Program-made: the position numbers and the translations under genes | The notes under the pieces: model-generated | Database searches by the model: none | Told to the model about the DNA's origin: nothing | The model's input: the letters and a program-made list of their open reading frames with translations, nothing else | Shown here: positions 39,281 through 49,291 of the stretch, piece by piece | How positions within the stretch are numbered: the stretch's first letter is position 1 | Layout: each line of letters starts with the position of its first letter | NCBI GenBank assembly: GCA_050998805.1 | Contig: JBPCPV010000050.1 | Coordinates: 20,165-84,164, forward strand | Direction of reading: 5' to 3' | Origin: Chloroflexia bacterium | Lineage (GTDB): Bacteria > Chloroflexota > Chloroflexia > QHBQ01 > JAICKM01 | Length of the DNA stretch: 64,000 nt

Positions 39281-39566
39281 CTTGCTCTTCACGCATCTGG
39301 TTGATCATCTCTACAACATCGATCCTCAAAGGTTCATTGTCGTTGCGCCGTTGGATTCCCTCCCGATGAAGGCGTATCCGTTCTAGTGCAGCCAATTGGC
39401 GCTGCTTATCTGCCTCGGCGGGCCGCTCTCGCTGCTCCAATTGAGCATTAAGCATCTCGCGCACCAACTCGGAGACACTACGTCCTTCTTGGGCGGCAAT
39501 GTCGACTAAGGCTCGATGCTGCTCCAGCTCCAGTAGGATTTGCGTCCGATACAATCGTTTTGTCAT
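39261..39566 (-). CDS. ribbon-helix-helix (CopG-like) antitoxin
   Basis: MTKRLYRTQILLELEQHRALVDIAAQEGRSVSELVREML RHH pattern. GGAGGTG RBS. Confidence 0.6.
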   Translation of the reverse strand: MTKRLYRTQILLELEQHRALVDIAAQEGRSVSELVREMLNAQLEQRERPAEADKQRQLAALERIRLHREGIQRRNDNEPLRIDVVEMINQMREEQDARNLG

Positions 39567-39586
39567 GTTTGCACCTCCCGCCGTCA

Positions 39587-42472
39587 TTATACGCCCAACA
39601 TAGTCCCTCTGCCACCCCGTCGCCGCCACGGCTCCCAGACCAGCGCCGCCAAGACCAGCAGCGCCGCCGCCGTGATCCACGCGCCGAGTTGGAAGGAGAC
39701 CGGCCTGTAGGCGAAGTCCACCGTGTGCGCGCCCGCCGACAAGTACACTCCCCTCAGTGCATGGTCGGACTGGACGATCGGCGCGGGCACGCCGTCCACC
39801 GAGGCAGCCCAACCGGGGTAGAACTGGTCGCTCAGGATCAGCACGCCGGGTGCGAGGCTCCGCGTGGCGACGCGCACCTCCTCTGGGCTGTACTCAGTGA
39901 TCGTCACTGCGTCGCTGCCCGTCGGCGGCGGCGCCGGCGGCAGGGTGTCGGTGGGCGGCAGGGGCGCGCCGAGCAGCGCCGTGCCCGCAGCGTCAAACTC
40001 GGGACTGAGGAGGCGGCCCAGCTGCGCCTGCGCGTCCGGCTCGACCTCAACCCGGTGTGTCAGCCACGCCCGGTCGAGCGCGCGCCGGTTGGCGAAGATG
40101 CTCGCTGCGTCCGTCCCGCCATCCAGCACTCTCTCGAACCAGGGCGCATCGGGGTTGAGCAGCGACAGGCTGCGGAAGACAAGATCCCCGCTCGCCGCCG
40201 CACCGGCCTCCAGCCGCGTCCCGCCCGCGTAGGCGGCACCGCCGTTGTACCAGAGCGTCACCGCCCCGCCTGGGCGCGCGTCGGGCGACTCGAAGTAGAA
40301 ATAGAACCGACGACCCTTCGCCGACCGGATCGGCGGGAAGGTGACCCGCCAGTAGCTGTTGTCGGGCAGCAGGGCCGTGTCGAGCCGCTTGGTCACCAGG
40401 TCGGTCGCCGCCGGGTCCGTCTTGAGGTGGAAGACGAGCGTTCCCGCCGGGTGCCGCCCATATGTCGCGCCGAGCACCTCGACCCCCGCCAGGTTGTCGG
40501 CCCCTGCAGTGAAAGTCTGCCCCGGCATTTCCCCGCCGAGGATCTCGCCGACCGTCTTGCCGCCGTTCGTCTCCTGGCGGGCGTCCGGCAGGTAGTTCGG
40601 GTCATCGCCGGGTGCGGTCATCACGTAGCGGACGTTGAGCAGGTTCCAGGCGTGCGAGGGCAGGAGCCGGCCAGCACCGGCAGCCGCCGTGGTCTCCCCG
40701 GCTATCGTCGGGTCGGGCAGCACCGCCAGCTCGTGGTAGGTCACCGGCTCAATCGCGTCGTTGCCGCGCAGATCGGCCAGCCCGTATGCCAGGTTCGCGT
40801 TCGCCGCCCAGACATCCCCGCCGGCCACCGCCCGAAACAGCCCGGCCTGCGCCTGCAAGAAGCGTGTCGCCGCCGTGGCCGGAAAGTAGTCTCGCGGTGC
40901 GACCGTCGGCACGTACCCGGCGTGTGCCTGCCACAAGTCAGCTGCGAGCACCACCGGCAGCAGCATACCAGCCCATGTCCACCTCGGCCTCACCCGCCCC
41001 AGCCAGATCACGGCACCAACCACCACTGCGCTCGCCGCGAGCAGCGCCGCCGTTCGCCAAAGGCTATCTCCCCAAACCTGTTGGGCCGGGGCAGAGCCGG
41101 AAGGCAGCCCGAAAAACGCGCCCCCGAAGGCCCACGGCACGGCGATGCCGAGCAGCACCAGGATGACGGCCGTCGCCGCGAGCGGCCACCCTAACCCCCG
41201 AACCCACTTCCCTTGTAGGGAAAGGGGCGAGATCAGGGCGGCAGCGCCGAGCGCCGCGAGCAGGCCGAGTGCGAACTCGGCGACCACGACCAGCCGGTGG
41301 TTGAGCGCGAACCGCAGCCCCGGCACTGCGACCGCCGCCTGGTAGATGCCGGGCACCCCGTAGACCACCGCGAGCGTCAGCGCAAGCAGCACCGCGAGGA
41401 AGAGCGCAAGCCGCCGCTTCGCCCTGTCGCGCGTGAGGAGCGCGAGCGGCGCGAGCACGAGCGGCAGCAGCCCCGCGTAGTTGTTCGACTCGTTGTAGTT
41501 GATCGGCATCCCCCACCAGTTGTGGCGGGCGGGGTTGCCGAGCAGGTCGGGGCTGAACGCCGTCCACGCATACGGCAGCGGCATCCAGAACGGTGTGTCC
41601 TGGCGCTGCACCCGCCGCAGGAGCGTCATGCTGCCTGAGAAGAGATACTCGGCGAACGGCAGCAGCTGCACGGCGGCCAACAGCACACCAAGCGCATAGG
41701 CCCCTCCCCATAGCCCAAGCGCCCGTAGAACCGCCCACCCGCCCACGCCCCTCCCCTGCCACAGCAGGAAGAGCAGGAACAGCCCCGTCGCCAGCGCCTC
41801 GTGATACGCCAGCTCGGGGTGGCCGGATAAGAGTGTGAGCGCGGCGGCACCGGCGAGGAGTGCGAGGGAGCTCGCTCCCGGCCTCGCCACGAGCCTCGCC
41901 GTCGCCCACCAGAGCCAGGGCAGCAGCACCGCCGCGCTGGTGTGCGGGTGGAGCAGCCAGACGGTCAGGAACGCGCCGAAGGTGAACGTCAGCGCGGCGA
42001 GGCTCGCGGGCACCGGCCCGACGCGCAACACAGTCCGCGCCAGCAGGTACATGCCGAGCGCCGCCGTGAACAGCTTAAGCCATGCCCGCAGCAACAACGT
42101 GAAGCCGCCCGGCCAGATAAAGTACGGCCAGTTGAGCGGGTAGAAGACCGCCGATTGCATGTTGCCGACGAACGGCGCGCCGAGCATGTTGTCGGGGTTC
42201 CAGAGCGGCAACGCCCCCGCGTGCAGCCTCTCCGCGCTGAACATCATCCAGGGTTCGAACTGGAACACGCTGTCGGACAGCAGACCGTTGGAGGGGCCGG
42301 GCCACGCGGCAGGCTGCTGCGCGTGCCAGGGGTAGTAGTCGTAGAGCATGTCTGCCGGCGAGAGCACGCGCCCCGTAAACAACGCCCCGCCGAGGAACAG
42401 GCTGACCGCCACGCTAATACCCAGGCAGGCCCAGGCGATTTCGCGCCGCGTTATCCGCGCTAGTTCGAGCAA
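39587..42472 (-). CDS. YfhO-family polytopic membrane protein (paralog of 11210..14071)
   Basis: WNPDNMLGAPF motif and the same domain order and length as the paralog. Confidence 0.7.
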   Translation of the reverse strand: MLELARITRREIAWACLGISVAVSLFLGGALFTGRVLSPADMLYDYYPWHAQQPAAWPGPSNGLLSDSVFQFEPWMMFSAERLHAGALPLWNPDNMLGAPFVGNMQSAVFYPLNWPYFIWPGGFTLLLRAWLKLFTAALGMYLLARTVLRVGPVPASLAALTFTFGAFLTVWLLHPHTSAAVLLPWLWWATARLVARPGASSLALLAGAAALTLLSGHPELAYHEALATGLFLLFLLWQGRGVGGWAVLRALGLWGGAYALGVLLAAVQLLPFAEYLFSGSMTLLRRVQRQDTPFWMPLPYAWTAFSPDLLGNPARHNWWGMPINYNESNNYAGLLPLVLAPLALLTRDRAKRRLALFLAVLLALTLAVVYGVPGIYQAAVAVPGLRFALNHRLVVVAEFALGLLAALGAAALISPLSLQGKWVRGLGWPLAATAVILVLLGIAVPWAFGGAFFGLPSGSAPAQQVWGDSLWRTAALLAASAVVVGAVIWLGRVRPRWTWAGMLLPVVLAADLWQAHAGYVPTVAPRDYFPATAATRFLQAQAGLFRAVAGGDVWAANANLAYGLADLRGNDAIEPVTYHELAVLPDPTIAGETTAAAGAGRLLPSHAWNLLNVRYVMTAPGDDPNYLPDARQETNGGKTVGEILGGEMPGQTFTAGADNLAGVEVLGATYGRHPAGTLVFHLKTDPAATDLVTKRLDTALLPDNSYWRVTFPPIRSAKGRRFYFYFESPDARPGGAVTLWYNGGAAYAGGTRLEAGAAASGDLVFRSLSLLNPDAPWFERVLDGGTDAASIFANRRALDRAWLTHRVEVEPDAQAQLGRLLSPEFDAAGTALLGAPLPPTDTLPPAPPPTGSDAVTITEYSPEEVRVATRSLAPGVLILSDQFYPGWAASVDGVPAPIVQSDHALRGVYLSAGAHTVDFAYRPVSFQLGAWITAAALLVLAALVWEPWRRRGGRGTMLGV

Positions 42473-42488
42473 GGCAGTCTCCGGTAGT

Positions 42489-42583
42489 TGTTAGTGGTTA
42501 GTGGTTAGTGGGCCGGGCGGGCTGAGGCAATTATATGACATAGGCGCGCCGGGTGCCAGCGACGGCTGACGTCTGACGGCTGA
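42489..42583. repeat. divergent-promoter spacer with GTTAGTG x3 and GACGGCTGACGTCTGACGGCTGA heptamer modules; the latter doubles as a -35 region for tataat 42590-42595
   Basis: Read directly from the sequence. Confidence 0.55.
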
Positions 42584-42603
42584 TCGCTGTATAATGTGGC
42601 CTT

Positions 42604-44127
42604 ATGTGGACCGTCAGCCGAAATCGCATAGCGGGTCTGCGAACGCTGCCCGCTGGACTGCTCGTCGCCGGGGTGTTGGCCGTGCTCGCCGCCGTCCTCT
42701 ACGGCAGCCTGCTCGGCGGCTACTTCCTGTCCGACGACTTCGTGATCCTCTCGTGGACGCGGGTTTCGGCGCCCGGTGAGGTGTTGGGGCTGTTCGACCC
42801 GCGCGCGCCCTGGTTCTATAGGCCGATGCTCAAGATGGTCTACTGGGCGCTACAGTCCATCTTCGGCCTGAACCCTCTGCCGTTCCACTTGTTCAACATC
42901 GTGATGCACACACTGGCGGCATGGCTTCTCTACTTCTACGCGAAGCGTGTCGCCGCCGCACGCCCGGCGACCGCCCTCGCCGTGAGCCTGCTTTTCTTCG
43001 TGAACCACCGCCACGCCGAGCCTGTCGCCTCGATCTCGGCGATGGGCGAGCTGATCGCGGTGCCCGCGCTCTTCGGCAGCCTGTTGCTGGCCCACCGCTT
43101 CGTGGAGAGCCGCAGGCCGCCCGCGCTCGCCGCCTCCCTCGGCCTCTTCGCCGTCGCGCTGCTCAGTCGGGAGAGCGCCGTGCTGCTGCCGGTACTGGCC
43201 GCGCTCAGCTTGGCGCTCTTCGCACCTAAACCGCTCGGACGACGGGCACTTGCCGCCCTCGGCACCGGCTATGCCGCGCTGCTCGCCGCCTACGCCCTCC
43301 TACAGCTACAGGTGGTCAACCGGGGCGGAGAGGCCGGCGGCGTACTATCGCGCGGCGGCCTCAGCTTCAAGCCGCTTAATGCCGAGTCGGTCGTGCTCGG
43401 CGTCATGGACTACGCTAACGGCCTGCTGCCCGGCGGCGGGGCGGCGGCCTCACTGGCGCTGGACCAGCTCCGCCCGGTCGCCTGGGCAGAGCTGGGGCTG
43501 CTGCTCGCGCTCGGCGGCGTGCTGGCCCTCACACACCTCAAGCTGATGCTGCTCGGCCTCGCATGGATGCTGGTCAGCCCGCTACCGTTCGTGTTCTTCA
43601 ACGCGCCGACCGACCGCTACTTCTACATGCCGACGATAGGCTACAGCCTGCTGCTCGCGGGCCTGCTGGCCGAGGTCGCCTCCGGCCTGGCGCGGCTGCT
43701 GCGACGCCCGCCGTCGGTCGTGGTGCCCTCGGCACTGGCGGGGGCGGTGCTCGTGCTGCTGCTGCCGCAGGTGCCCGCGCTCTCAGCGAAAGAGGCCCAC
43801 TGGAACGCGGCAGGCGCGCTGTCGGGCCGGGTGCTGTCGAGCATGAAAGCGGCGCTGCCCAACCCGGTGCGCCACCAAGCGTTCCTGTTCGTCGGCCTCC
43901 CAACCGATTTCGAGGGCGTGCCGACCTTCCGCAACGGCATCGTGCAGGCCGTCCAGCTGGAGTACGGCAACGACCTGACGCTCCGCGCGGGCATCACGAC
44001 CTGCGCGGAGGTCCGCCGCACCCGCCCGTCGCCGCCCGACAGCGTGTTCCAGTTCACCGGCAGCGACGTTCGCCTGCTGGCCGACCCGCAAAGCTGTGGT
44101 CTACTTGACAAACCCGGGGGTACGTGA
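42604..44127 (+). CDS. polytopic membrane protein, putative GT-C-fold (PMT/ArnT-like) glycosyltransferase
   Basis: About 10 TM helices, an acidic DDF motif in the first extracytoplasmic loop, and a large C-terminal soluble domain. Confidence 0.45.
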   Translation: MWTVSRNRIAGLRTLPAGLLVAGVLAVLAAVLYGSLLGGYFLSDDFVILSWTRVSAPGEVLGLFDPRAPWFYRPMLKMVYWALQSIFGLNPLPFHLFNIVMHTLAAWLLYFYAKRVAAARPATALAVSLLFFVNHRHAEPVASISAMGELIAVPALFGSLLLAHRFVESRRPPALAASLGLFAVALLSRESAVLLPVLAALSLALFAPKPLGRRALAALGTGYAALLAAYALLQLQVVNRGGEAGGVLSRGGLSFKPLNAESVVLGVMDYANGLLPGGGAAASLALDQLRPVAWAELGLLLALGGVLALTHLKLMLLGLAWMLVSPLPFVFFNAPTDRYFYMPTIGYSLLLAGLLAEVASGLARLLRRPPSVVVPSALAGAVLVLLLPQVPALSAKEAHWNAAGALSGRVLSSMKAALPNPVRHQAFLFVGLPTDFEGVPTFRNGIVQAVQLEYGNDLTLRAGITTCAEVRRTRPSPPDSVFQFTGSDVRLLADPQSCGLLDKPGGT

Positions 44128-44162
44128 TGCCCCCGAATAACGATGAGCGGAGGGAGGTGGCT

Positions 44163-45653
44163 ATGACCGAGTATGCGGTGGTGATCGTCGGAGGAGGTCC
44201 GACCGGGCTGATGTTGGCGGGCGAGTTGGCGTTGGCGGGGGTCAACGTTGCCGTTGTCGAGCGGCGCGCCAGCCAGAACCTCATTGGTTCGCGCGCCGGC
44301 GGTCTGCATTCACGCACCATCGAGGTTCTCGATCAGCGTGGAATCGCCGATCGGTTCCTCTCCGACGGACAGGTGGCTCAGGTCGCGGGGTTCGCCAGCG
44401 TCCGTTTGGACATCAGCGACTTTCCCACCCGGCACAACTACGGGCTCGGGCTATGGCAGAACCACATCGAGCGCATCCTGGCCGGCTGGGTCGGCGAGCT
44501 GGCGGTGCCGATCCACTACGGCATTGAGGTGACCGGTTTCGCGCAGGACGACACCGGCGTCGACGTCGGGCTGTCCGATGGCCAGTCGCTACGAGCGGAA
44601 TATCTCGTCGGGTGCGACGGAGGACGCAGCCTGGTCCGTAAAGCGGCCGGCATCGAGTTCCCCGGGTGGGACCCGACGATCAGCAGCCTGATCGCCGAGG
44701 TCGAGATGACCGAGGAGCCGAAATTGGGCATCCACCGCAATGCCTTTGGCGTCCATGCCTTCGGCAAGGTGGAGTACGAGGTCCGCGACGGCGAGGTGGT
44801 CTACAAGGATGGGGGGCCGGTAGGGGTCATGGTGACCGAAGAGCACGTCGGAGCCACGACCGAACCCACCCTGCGCGATCTCAGCGAAGCGCTCATCGCC
44901 GTATACGGGACCGATTACGGGATCCACAGTCCCACCTGGATCTCCAGGTTCACCGACATGACTCGGCAGGCCGCGGCCTACCGCGACAGACGGGTCCTGC
45001 TGGCCGGCGACGCGGCGCACGTGCATTCCCCGGTCGGTGGACAGGGCCTCAACACCGGTGTGCAAGATGCGGTGAATCTGGGATGGAAGCTGGCCCAGGT
45101 GGTCCACCAGACAGCGCCGGAAAGCCTGCTGGCTACCTACCATGCCGAGCGCCACCCGGTCGCTGCCCGCGTGCTGCACAACACGATGGCGCAAGTCGCG
45201 CTCATGCGCGCCGACGATCGCATCGAGGCGTTGCGCGACACCGTGTCCGAGCTGCTCAGCATGGACGAGCCGCGCAAACGATTCGCCGGAATGATGTCGG
45301 GTCTGGACATCCATTACGACCTCGGCGAAGGACACCCGCTGCTCGGCCGCCGCATGCCCGATCTCGACCTGGTCACCGCCAACGGCCCACTGCGGGTATT
45401 CACCCTGCTGCACGAGGCCCGGCCGGTGCTACTCAACCTCGGTGAGCCTAGCGGCTTCGCCATCAGTCCCTGGGCATATCGAGTGGTGGCGATCGACGCC
45501 AAATATGCCGGCAATTGGGAGCTTCCGGTCCTGGGCCAAGTAGCAGCCCCCACTGCCGTGCTGATCAGACCCGATGGATACGTCGCCTGGGTGGGGGACG
45601 GCACAGATACCGGATTGCGCGACGCGCTGACTACCTGGTTCGGGTCACCATGA
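44163..45653 (+). CDS. group-A FAD-dependent monooxygenase, rifampin-monooxygenase (Rox)/aromatic hydroxylase-like
   Basis: VVIVGGGPTGLMLAGELALAGV dinucleotide-binding motif, DG motif, and GDAAH...G FAD-binding motif. GGAGGGAGG RBS before ATG 44163. Confidence 0.7.
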   Translation: MTEYAVVIVGGGPTGLMLAGELALAGVNVAVVERRASQNLIGSRAGGLHSRTIEVLDQRGIADRFLSDGQVAQVAGFASVRLDISDFPTRHNYGLGLWQNHIERILAGWVGELAVPIHYGIEVTGFAQDDTGVDVGLSDGQSLRAEYLVGCDGGRSLVRKAAGIEFPGWDPTISSLIAEVEMTEEPKLGIHRNAFGVHAFGKVEYEVRDGEVVYKDGGPVGVMVTEEHVGATTEPTLRDLSEALIAVYGTDYGIHSPTWISRFTDMTRQAAAYRDRRVLLAGDAAHVHSPVGGQGLNTGVQDAVNLGWKLAQVVHQTAPESLLATYHAERHPVAARVLHNTMAQVALMRADDRIEALRDTVSELLSMDEPRKRFAGMMSGLDIHYDLGEGHPLLGRRMPDLDLVTANGPLRVFTLLHEARPVLLNLGEPSGFAISPWAYRVVAIDAKYAGNWELPVLGQVAAPTAVLIRPDGYVAWVGDGTDTGLRDALTTWFGSP

Positions 45654-45668
45654 CGCGACGCCGGATTA

Positions 45669-45693
45669 GAGGCTGTGCATTATGAGCAGCCTC
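45669..45693. terminator. 7-bp stem hairpin (gaggctg...cagcctc) between convergent genes
   Basis: Read directly; weak, no clear T-run. Confidence 0.3.
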
Positions 45694-47347
45694 AGCCCAA
45701 GCCGAGAGGCTTCTGATGGGCGGGCGGGGGCGTGGGGAGGGCCGGTGCCTGGCGGAAGGTGCCGAAGGGCCGGGGCATCTGGACCGTCGTGCCGCGCAAG
45801 AGGGCGGCTATCGAGAGGATCTGGATGCGGGGGAAGTCGCCCCAGCTTGCGGAGCTGTAGTAGCCTGCGCTCACGGCCTCGGTGAGCATGTCGCGGGTCG
45901 GCTCCTCGAGGGTGAGGAAGACGCCGATGGTCGCGCCCTCGCGGCCGATGGTACCCACGAGGTCGCGTATGTCGCCGGCTTTGACGTGGCCGGACTTGAC
46001 CTGCACGAGCACCCGCTTGGGCGTGCCGGAGTTGTCGTCAATGAAGGTGATCACGCCGTCTATACCGCGGTCGCTGCCTTTCTTGCCGGTCTTGCTGCCG
46101 GCCTGCCCGCCGAGCGGCTGGGCGTTGATCAGCGAGAGCGCCCACCACTGGAACTGGTAGCGGTCGGCGGCGGCAAGCTCACGCGCCCCGGCGAGGTCCT
46201 CCGGCTCACCCACGATGCTGTACTGCACCGCGTCGCCGAACTGGTCTTTGAGGCGGTACTTCAGCAGGGCAATGGCGAGGTGCGTGAGGTCAATGCCGAT
46301 CCAGGTCCGCCCGAGCTTCTGAGCGGCGATCACCGCCGTGCCGCAGCCCGCGAAGGGGTCGAGTACCACGTCGCCGGGGTTGCTGCTCACCTGGATAATG
46401 CGCTCGAGCAACGCCAGGGGCTTCTGCGTCGCGTAACCGAGGCGCTCGTTTCCGGCCGTCGGCAAGACGTCATCCCAGATGTCTTGTAATGCTACCCCCG
46501 GCATCTCGTCCAGGTAGCGCTTGTAGTTGGGCATCCCAGATTTACTATACACGAGCCGGCCGTCCCGCTCGAATTGCTCCATCTTGGCGCGCGAGTAGGC
46601 CCAATACCGGCCCTGATAGGGCCGCACCCCATGCCATTCGTAGCTAGTATCGCCTCCCGGCTTTGCGGCAGATAGGTCACCTAAACGATAACGGCGCCCT
46701 GTATCGGGATCAACATGGCGGTACATGCTATCGGTATAGTCCGTATCGTAAGGTGTGTACACAGGGTTCCAGGTATACGTCTGGGTCTTTGTATAGAACA
46801 ACAAAATGTCGTGAGTGTGGCCGTAATCCTTCCGCCCCTGTTTGGTGTCGCTATGGGCACTTGACCGCTTCCAGGTGATTTCGCTATGGAAGTTGCGCGG
46901 ATCAAAGATGGCGTCCAAGATCATCTTGAGATAGTGACTCGCCGTCGGGTCACAATGCAGGTAGAGGCTACCGGTCGGCTTGAGGACGCGGTGTAGCTCG
47001 ACGAGGCGCGCGGCCATCATCACGAGGTAGGCCATCATCTGGCTGGGGCCGATGAAGTCGCGGAGCGCGCCGATCATCTTGCCGACATGGGGCGGGCCGG
47101 AGGTGGCGAGGTCGTGGTAGGTGGCCTCGGCGTCCGCGCCCCAGTGCCAGCTGTCCTCGAAGGCGGTGGCCTGCGCGGTGTTCTCTCCGCCCTGCTCGTG
47201 CTTGAACAGCACATTATAGCTGCGGTTCGAGTTGAACGGCGGGTCCAAATACACGAGGTCCACGCTCTCGTCGGCGAAGTACTCGCGAAGGATCGGCAGG
47301 TTGTCGCCGTAGAAGAGGGTGTTTTGAGTGATGTGGCGCTGCGGCAT
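45692..47347 (-). CDS. beta-class N6-adenine/N4-cytosine DNA methyltransferase (DPPF motif IV before FxGxG motif I) fused to a C-terminal Mrr-type (PD-(D/E)xK) restriction-endonuclease-like domain
   Basis: VYLDPPFNS (motif IV), VLDPFAGCGTAV (motif I), C-terminal GSDRGIDGV...VLVQVKSG Mrr_cat pattern. Gene GC ~55-58%, lower than the flanks. Confidence 0.7.
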   Translation of the reverse strand: MPQRHITQNTLFYGDNLPILREYFADESVDLVYLDPPFNSNRSYNVLFKHEQGGENTAQATAFEDSWHWGADAEATYHDLATSGPPHVGKMIGALRDFIGPSQMMAYLVMMAARLVELHRVLKPTGSLYLHCDPTASHYLKMILDAIFDPRNFHSEITWKRSSAHSDTKQGRKDYGHTHDILLFYTKTQTYTWNPVYTPYDTDYTDSMYRHVDPDTGRRYRLGDLSAAKPGGDTSYEWHGVRPYQGRYWAYSRAKMEQFERDGRLVYSKSGMPNYKRYLDEMPGVALQDIWDDVLPTAGNERLGYATQKPLALLERIIQVSSNPGDVVLDPFAGCGTAVIAAQKLGRTWIGIDLTHLAIALLKYRLKDQFGDAVQYSIVGEPEDLAGARELAAADRYQFQWWALSLINAQPLGGQAGSKTGKKGSDRGIDGVITFIDDNSGTPKRVLVQVKSGHVKAGDIRDLVGTIGREGATIGVFLTLEEPTRDMLTEAVSAGYYSSASWGDFPRIQILSIAALLRGTTVQMPRPFGTFRQAPALPTPPPAHQKPLGLG

Positions 47348-47352
47348 GCCGG

Positions 47353-49224
47353 CTACTTGTACTGGCCGATGACAGCCAGGCCGTAGTATGCCTCGAACTT
47401 GGCGGTGTTATCATCCGTATCGGCGGCCAGGCCCCAACTGCCGCTTGTCAACGAGGTGTCCGTGATCTTCGCCACGTTTTGGTCGCTGATCTGGAAAGTC
47501 AACTGGGTGCCGACCATCACGAGGGCGATCTTATTGTAGGCATTAGGCGTGATCGCGGAACTCGCCGCCACCTTGATGATATTCGACCAGTTGCTCGCGA
47601 CTTCTTTGTCGCAGCCGAACTTGCTGTCCTGCGTGATGTAGCAGTAGTACGTATTGTCCTGACTGTTGGTGGTGCTGCTGCGGGCGGCTACGCCCGCGCG
47701 TCCCCCGGCACCGTGGGGCTGCACTGTGGCGACGATGAAGCCATCGGCCAGATCGCTGCCCTCGGTGGGGGACGCGACGGCCCAGAGGTTGGCTTGGTTA
47801 AGGGCGAGCGTGAAGCGGCCGTTGGCGATGGTCCGTGTCGAGTGGGCACCGGGAGTGGTATCCCAGGTGCCCGTCTCCCCTTTGGTAAAGTCGGTCTGGG
47901 AGAGGAATGTAAAGTTCTGGTTCGGGTCGGTCGTCGCGGTCGGGTTTGCCTGGCCGCCACCGCCGTTGCCCTGGTCTCCCGTCGTGGCGGTGGGGTTCCC
48001 CTGGGCACTCCCGCTCACGGGGCCGATGGCGATGAGCTTGCTGGTGGCCGCGCCGCCGGTGCCGACGGCCACTTCGCCTTGCATATACTGCGCCGGCTCT
48101 AGGCGCTGCACCACGATCTTGAGGGGATCGCCATCGGTATGCGAGCGCAGGATGTCGCAGACCTGCTTCTCGCGCGAGGCCGACTGGTCCTGGTAGGAAA
48201 TACTCTTGCCCTCGATCTTCAGAATGAGATCGGACGGGCCGATGCCCGCCTGATCGGCGGGGCTGCCGCTGGCGACACCGGCGACCACCATGCCGTCGTC
48301 CGTGCCGAAGTACTTCTTGTAATCCGCCAGGTTCGGACTTAGGTTCATGCCGATGTAATTGCGGTTTTTGCCCGCCTGCAGATCCTTGATGATCCCCTTG
48401 GCATAGGACATAGCGATGGCGAAGTTGATGCCTTGTTCGCGGTTCCCGCTTGAGTCGATGAAGCCCAGCGTGTTGACGCCGACGACCTCGCCCCGATTGT
48501 TCACCAGCGGGCCACCGGAGTTACCGTGCGTGATCTTCGCGTCGGTCTGGATCAGGTCGTCGTATTGGTCCATCTGGGCGTGGAGCTTCGAGACGACGCC
48601 CGCGCTCACGGTCAAGTCGTTGCCGAGCTCAAACGCCTGCGGATAGCCGAGGGCGACCACGGGCGCGCCCGGATCCAGGGCCGTGCTGTCCCCCAGCGGG
48701 GCCGCCGCCAGCCCGCTCGTGTCGTCCACCTTCAGCACGGCGAGGTCATCACATTCGGCGCGTCCCAGCACCCGCGCCGCCCGGCCGCGGGTACTATTCG
48801 CCTGGTAGATCTGGATGGCCGAGGCGCCCTCGACCACATGGGCGTTGGTGAGAATATAGCCCTTGTCCAAATCGTAGACAATGCCGGTGCCCGCGCCGAT
48901 GCCCTCGGGCTGGATCGCCGTCTCGCCGAAGGTTGATTTCACCCAGACCGTGGCCGGGCGCAAGTCGCGCGCGATCTGCTCGGGCGACTTGGCCGCCGTG
49001 GTCGGCGTGACCGCCGGCACCGTGCTAGTCGGCGGCACGGTCGGGGTGGGGATCGGCGTAACCGTCGGCGGCGCATCGCCGCAGGCGCTCAGCAACAGGC
49101 TCAGCACGACAAGACACCCAAAAAGACACTGGGATGTGCGCGTAACCATGTGATGTTCCCTTTCCGGTAGTGGTCCAAAAGAGAGCATTCCTACGCTTCC
49201 GGCTCTCCGCTTAGAATTATACAC
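47353..49224 (-). CDS. HtrA/DegP-like trypsin-fold serine protease lipoprotein with a PDZ domain and an unassigned ~230-aa C-terminal domain
   Basis: TNAHVV (His), GNSGGPLV (Ser), PDZ GMVVAGVASGSPADQAGI, lipobox LLSAC. Confidence 0.7.
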   Translation of the reverse strand: MYNSKRRAGSVGMLSFGPLPEREHHMVTRTSQCLFGCLVVLSLLLSACGDAPPTVTPIPTPTVPPTSTVPAVTPTTAAKSPEQIARDLRPATVWVKSTFGETAIQPEGIGAGTGIVYDLDKGYILTNAHVVEGASAIQIYQANSTRGRAARVLGRAECDDLAVLKVDDTSGLAAAPLGDSTALDPGAPVVALGYPQAFELGNDLTVSAGVVSKLHAQMDQYDDLIQTDAKITHGNSGGPLVNNRGEVVGVNTLGFIDSSGNREQGINFAIAMSYAKGIIKDLQAGKNRNYIGMNLSPNLADYKKYFGTDDGMVVAGVASGSPADQAGIGPSDLILKIEGKSISYQDQSASREKQVCDILRSHTDGDPLKIVVQRLEPAQYMQGEVAVGTGGAATSKLIAIGPVSGSAQGNPTATTGDQGNGGGGQANPTATTDPNQNFTFLSQTDFTKGETGTWDTTPGAHSTRTIANGRFTLALNQANLWAVASPTEGSDLADGFIVATVQPHGAGGRAGVAARSSTTNSQDNTYYCYITQDSKFGCDKEVASNWSNIIKVAASSAITPNAYNKIALVMVGTQLTFQISDQNVAKITDTSLTSGSWGLAADTDDNTAKFEAYYGLAVIGQYK

Positions 49225-49291
49225 CTGATGTCAAGATCCGGGGGATAGGATGGACGGCCGCACTGTTTCGTGGTAGAATGGGGCGAAGAGA

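Noticed and set aside
39560-41194. 544-aa plus-strand ORF and the 41064..41909 minus ORF overlapping the YfhO paralog
   Set aside because: They are antisense or out of frame relative to the YfhO gene, which is supported by paralogy with 11210..14071.
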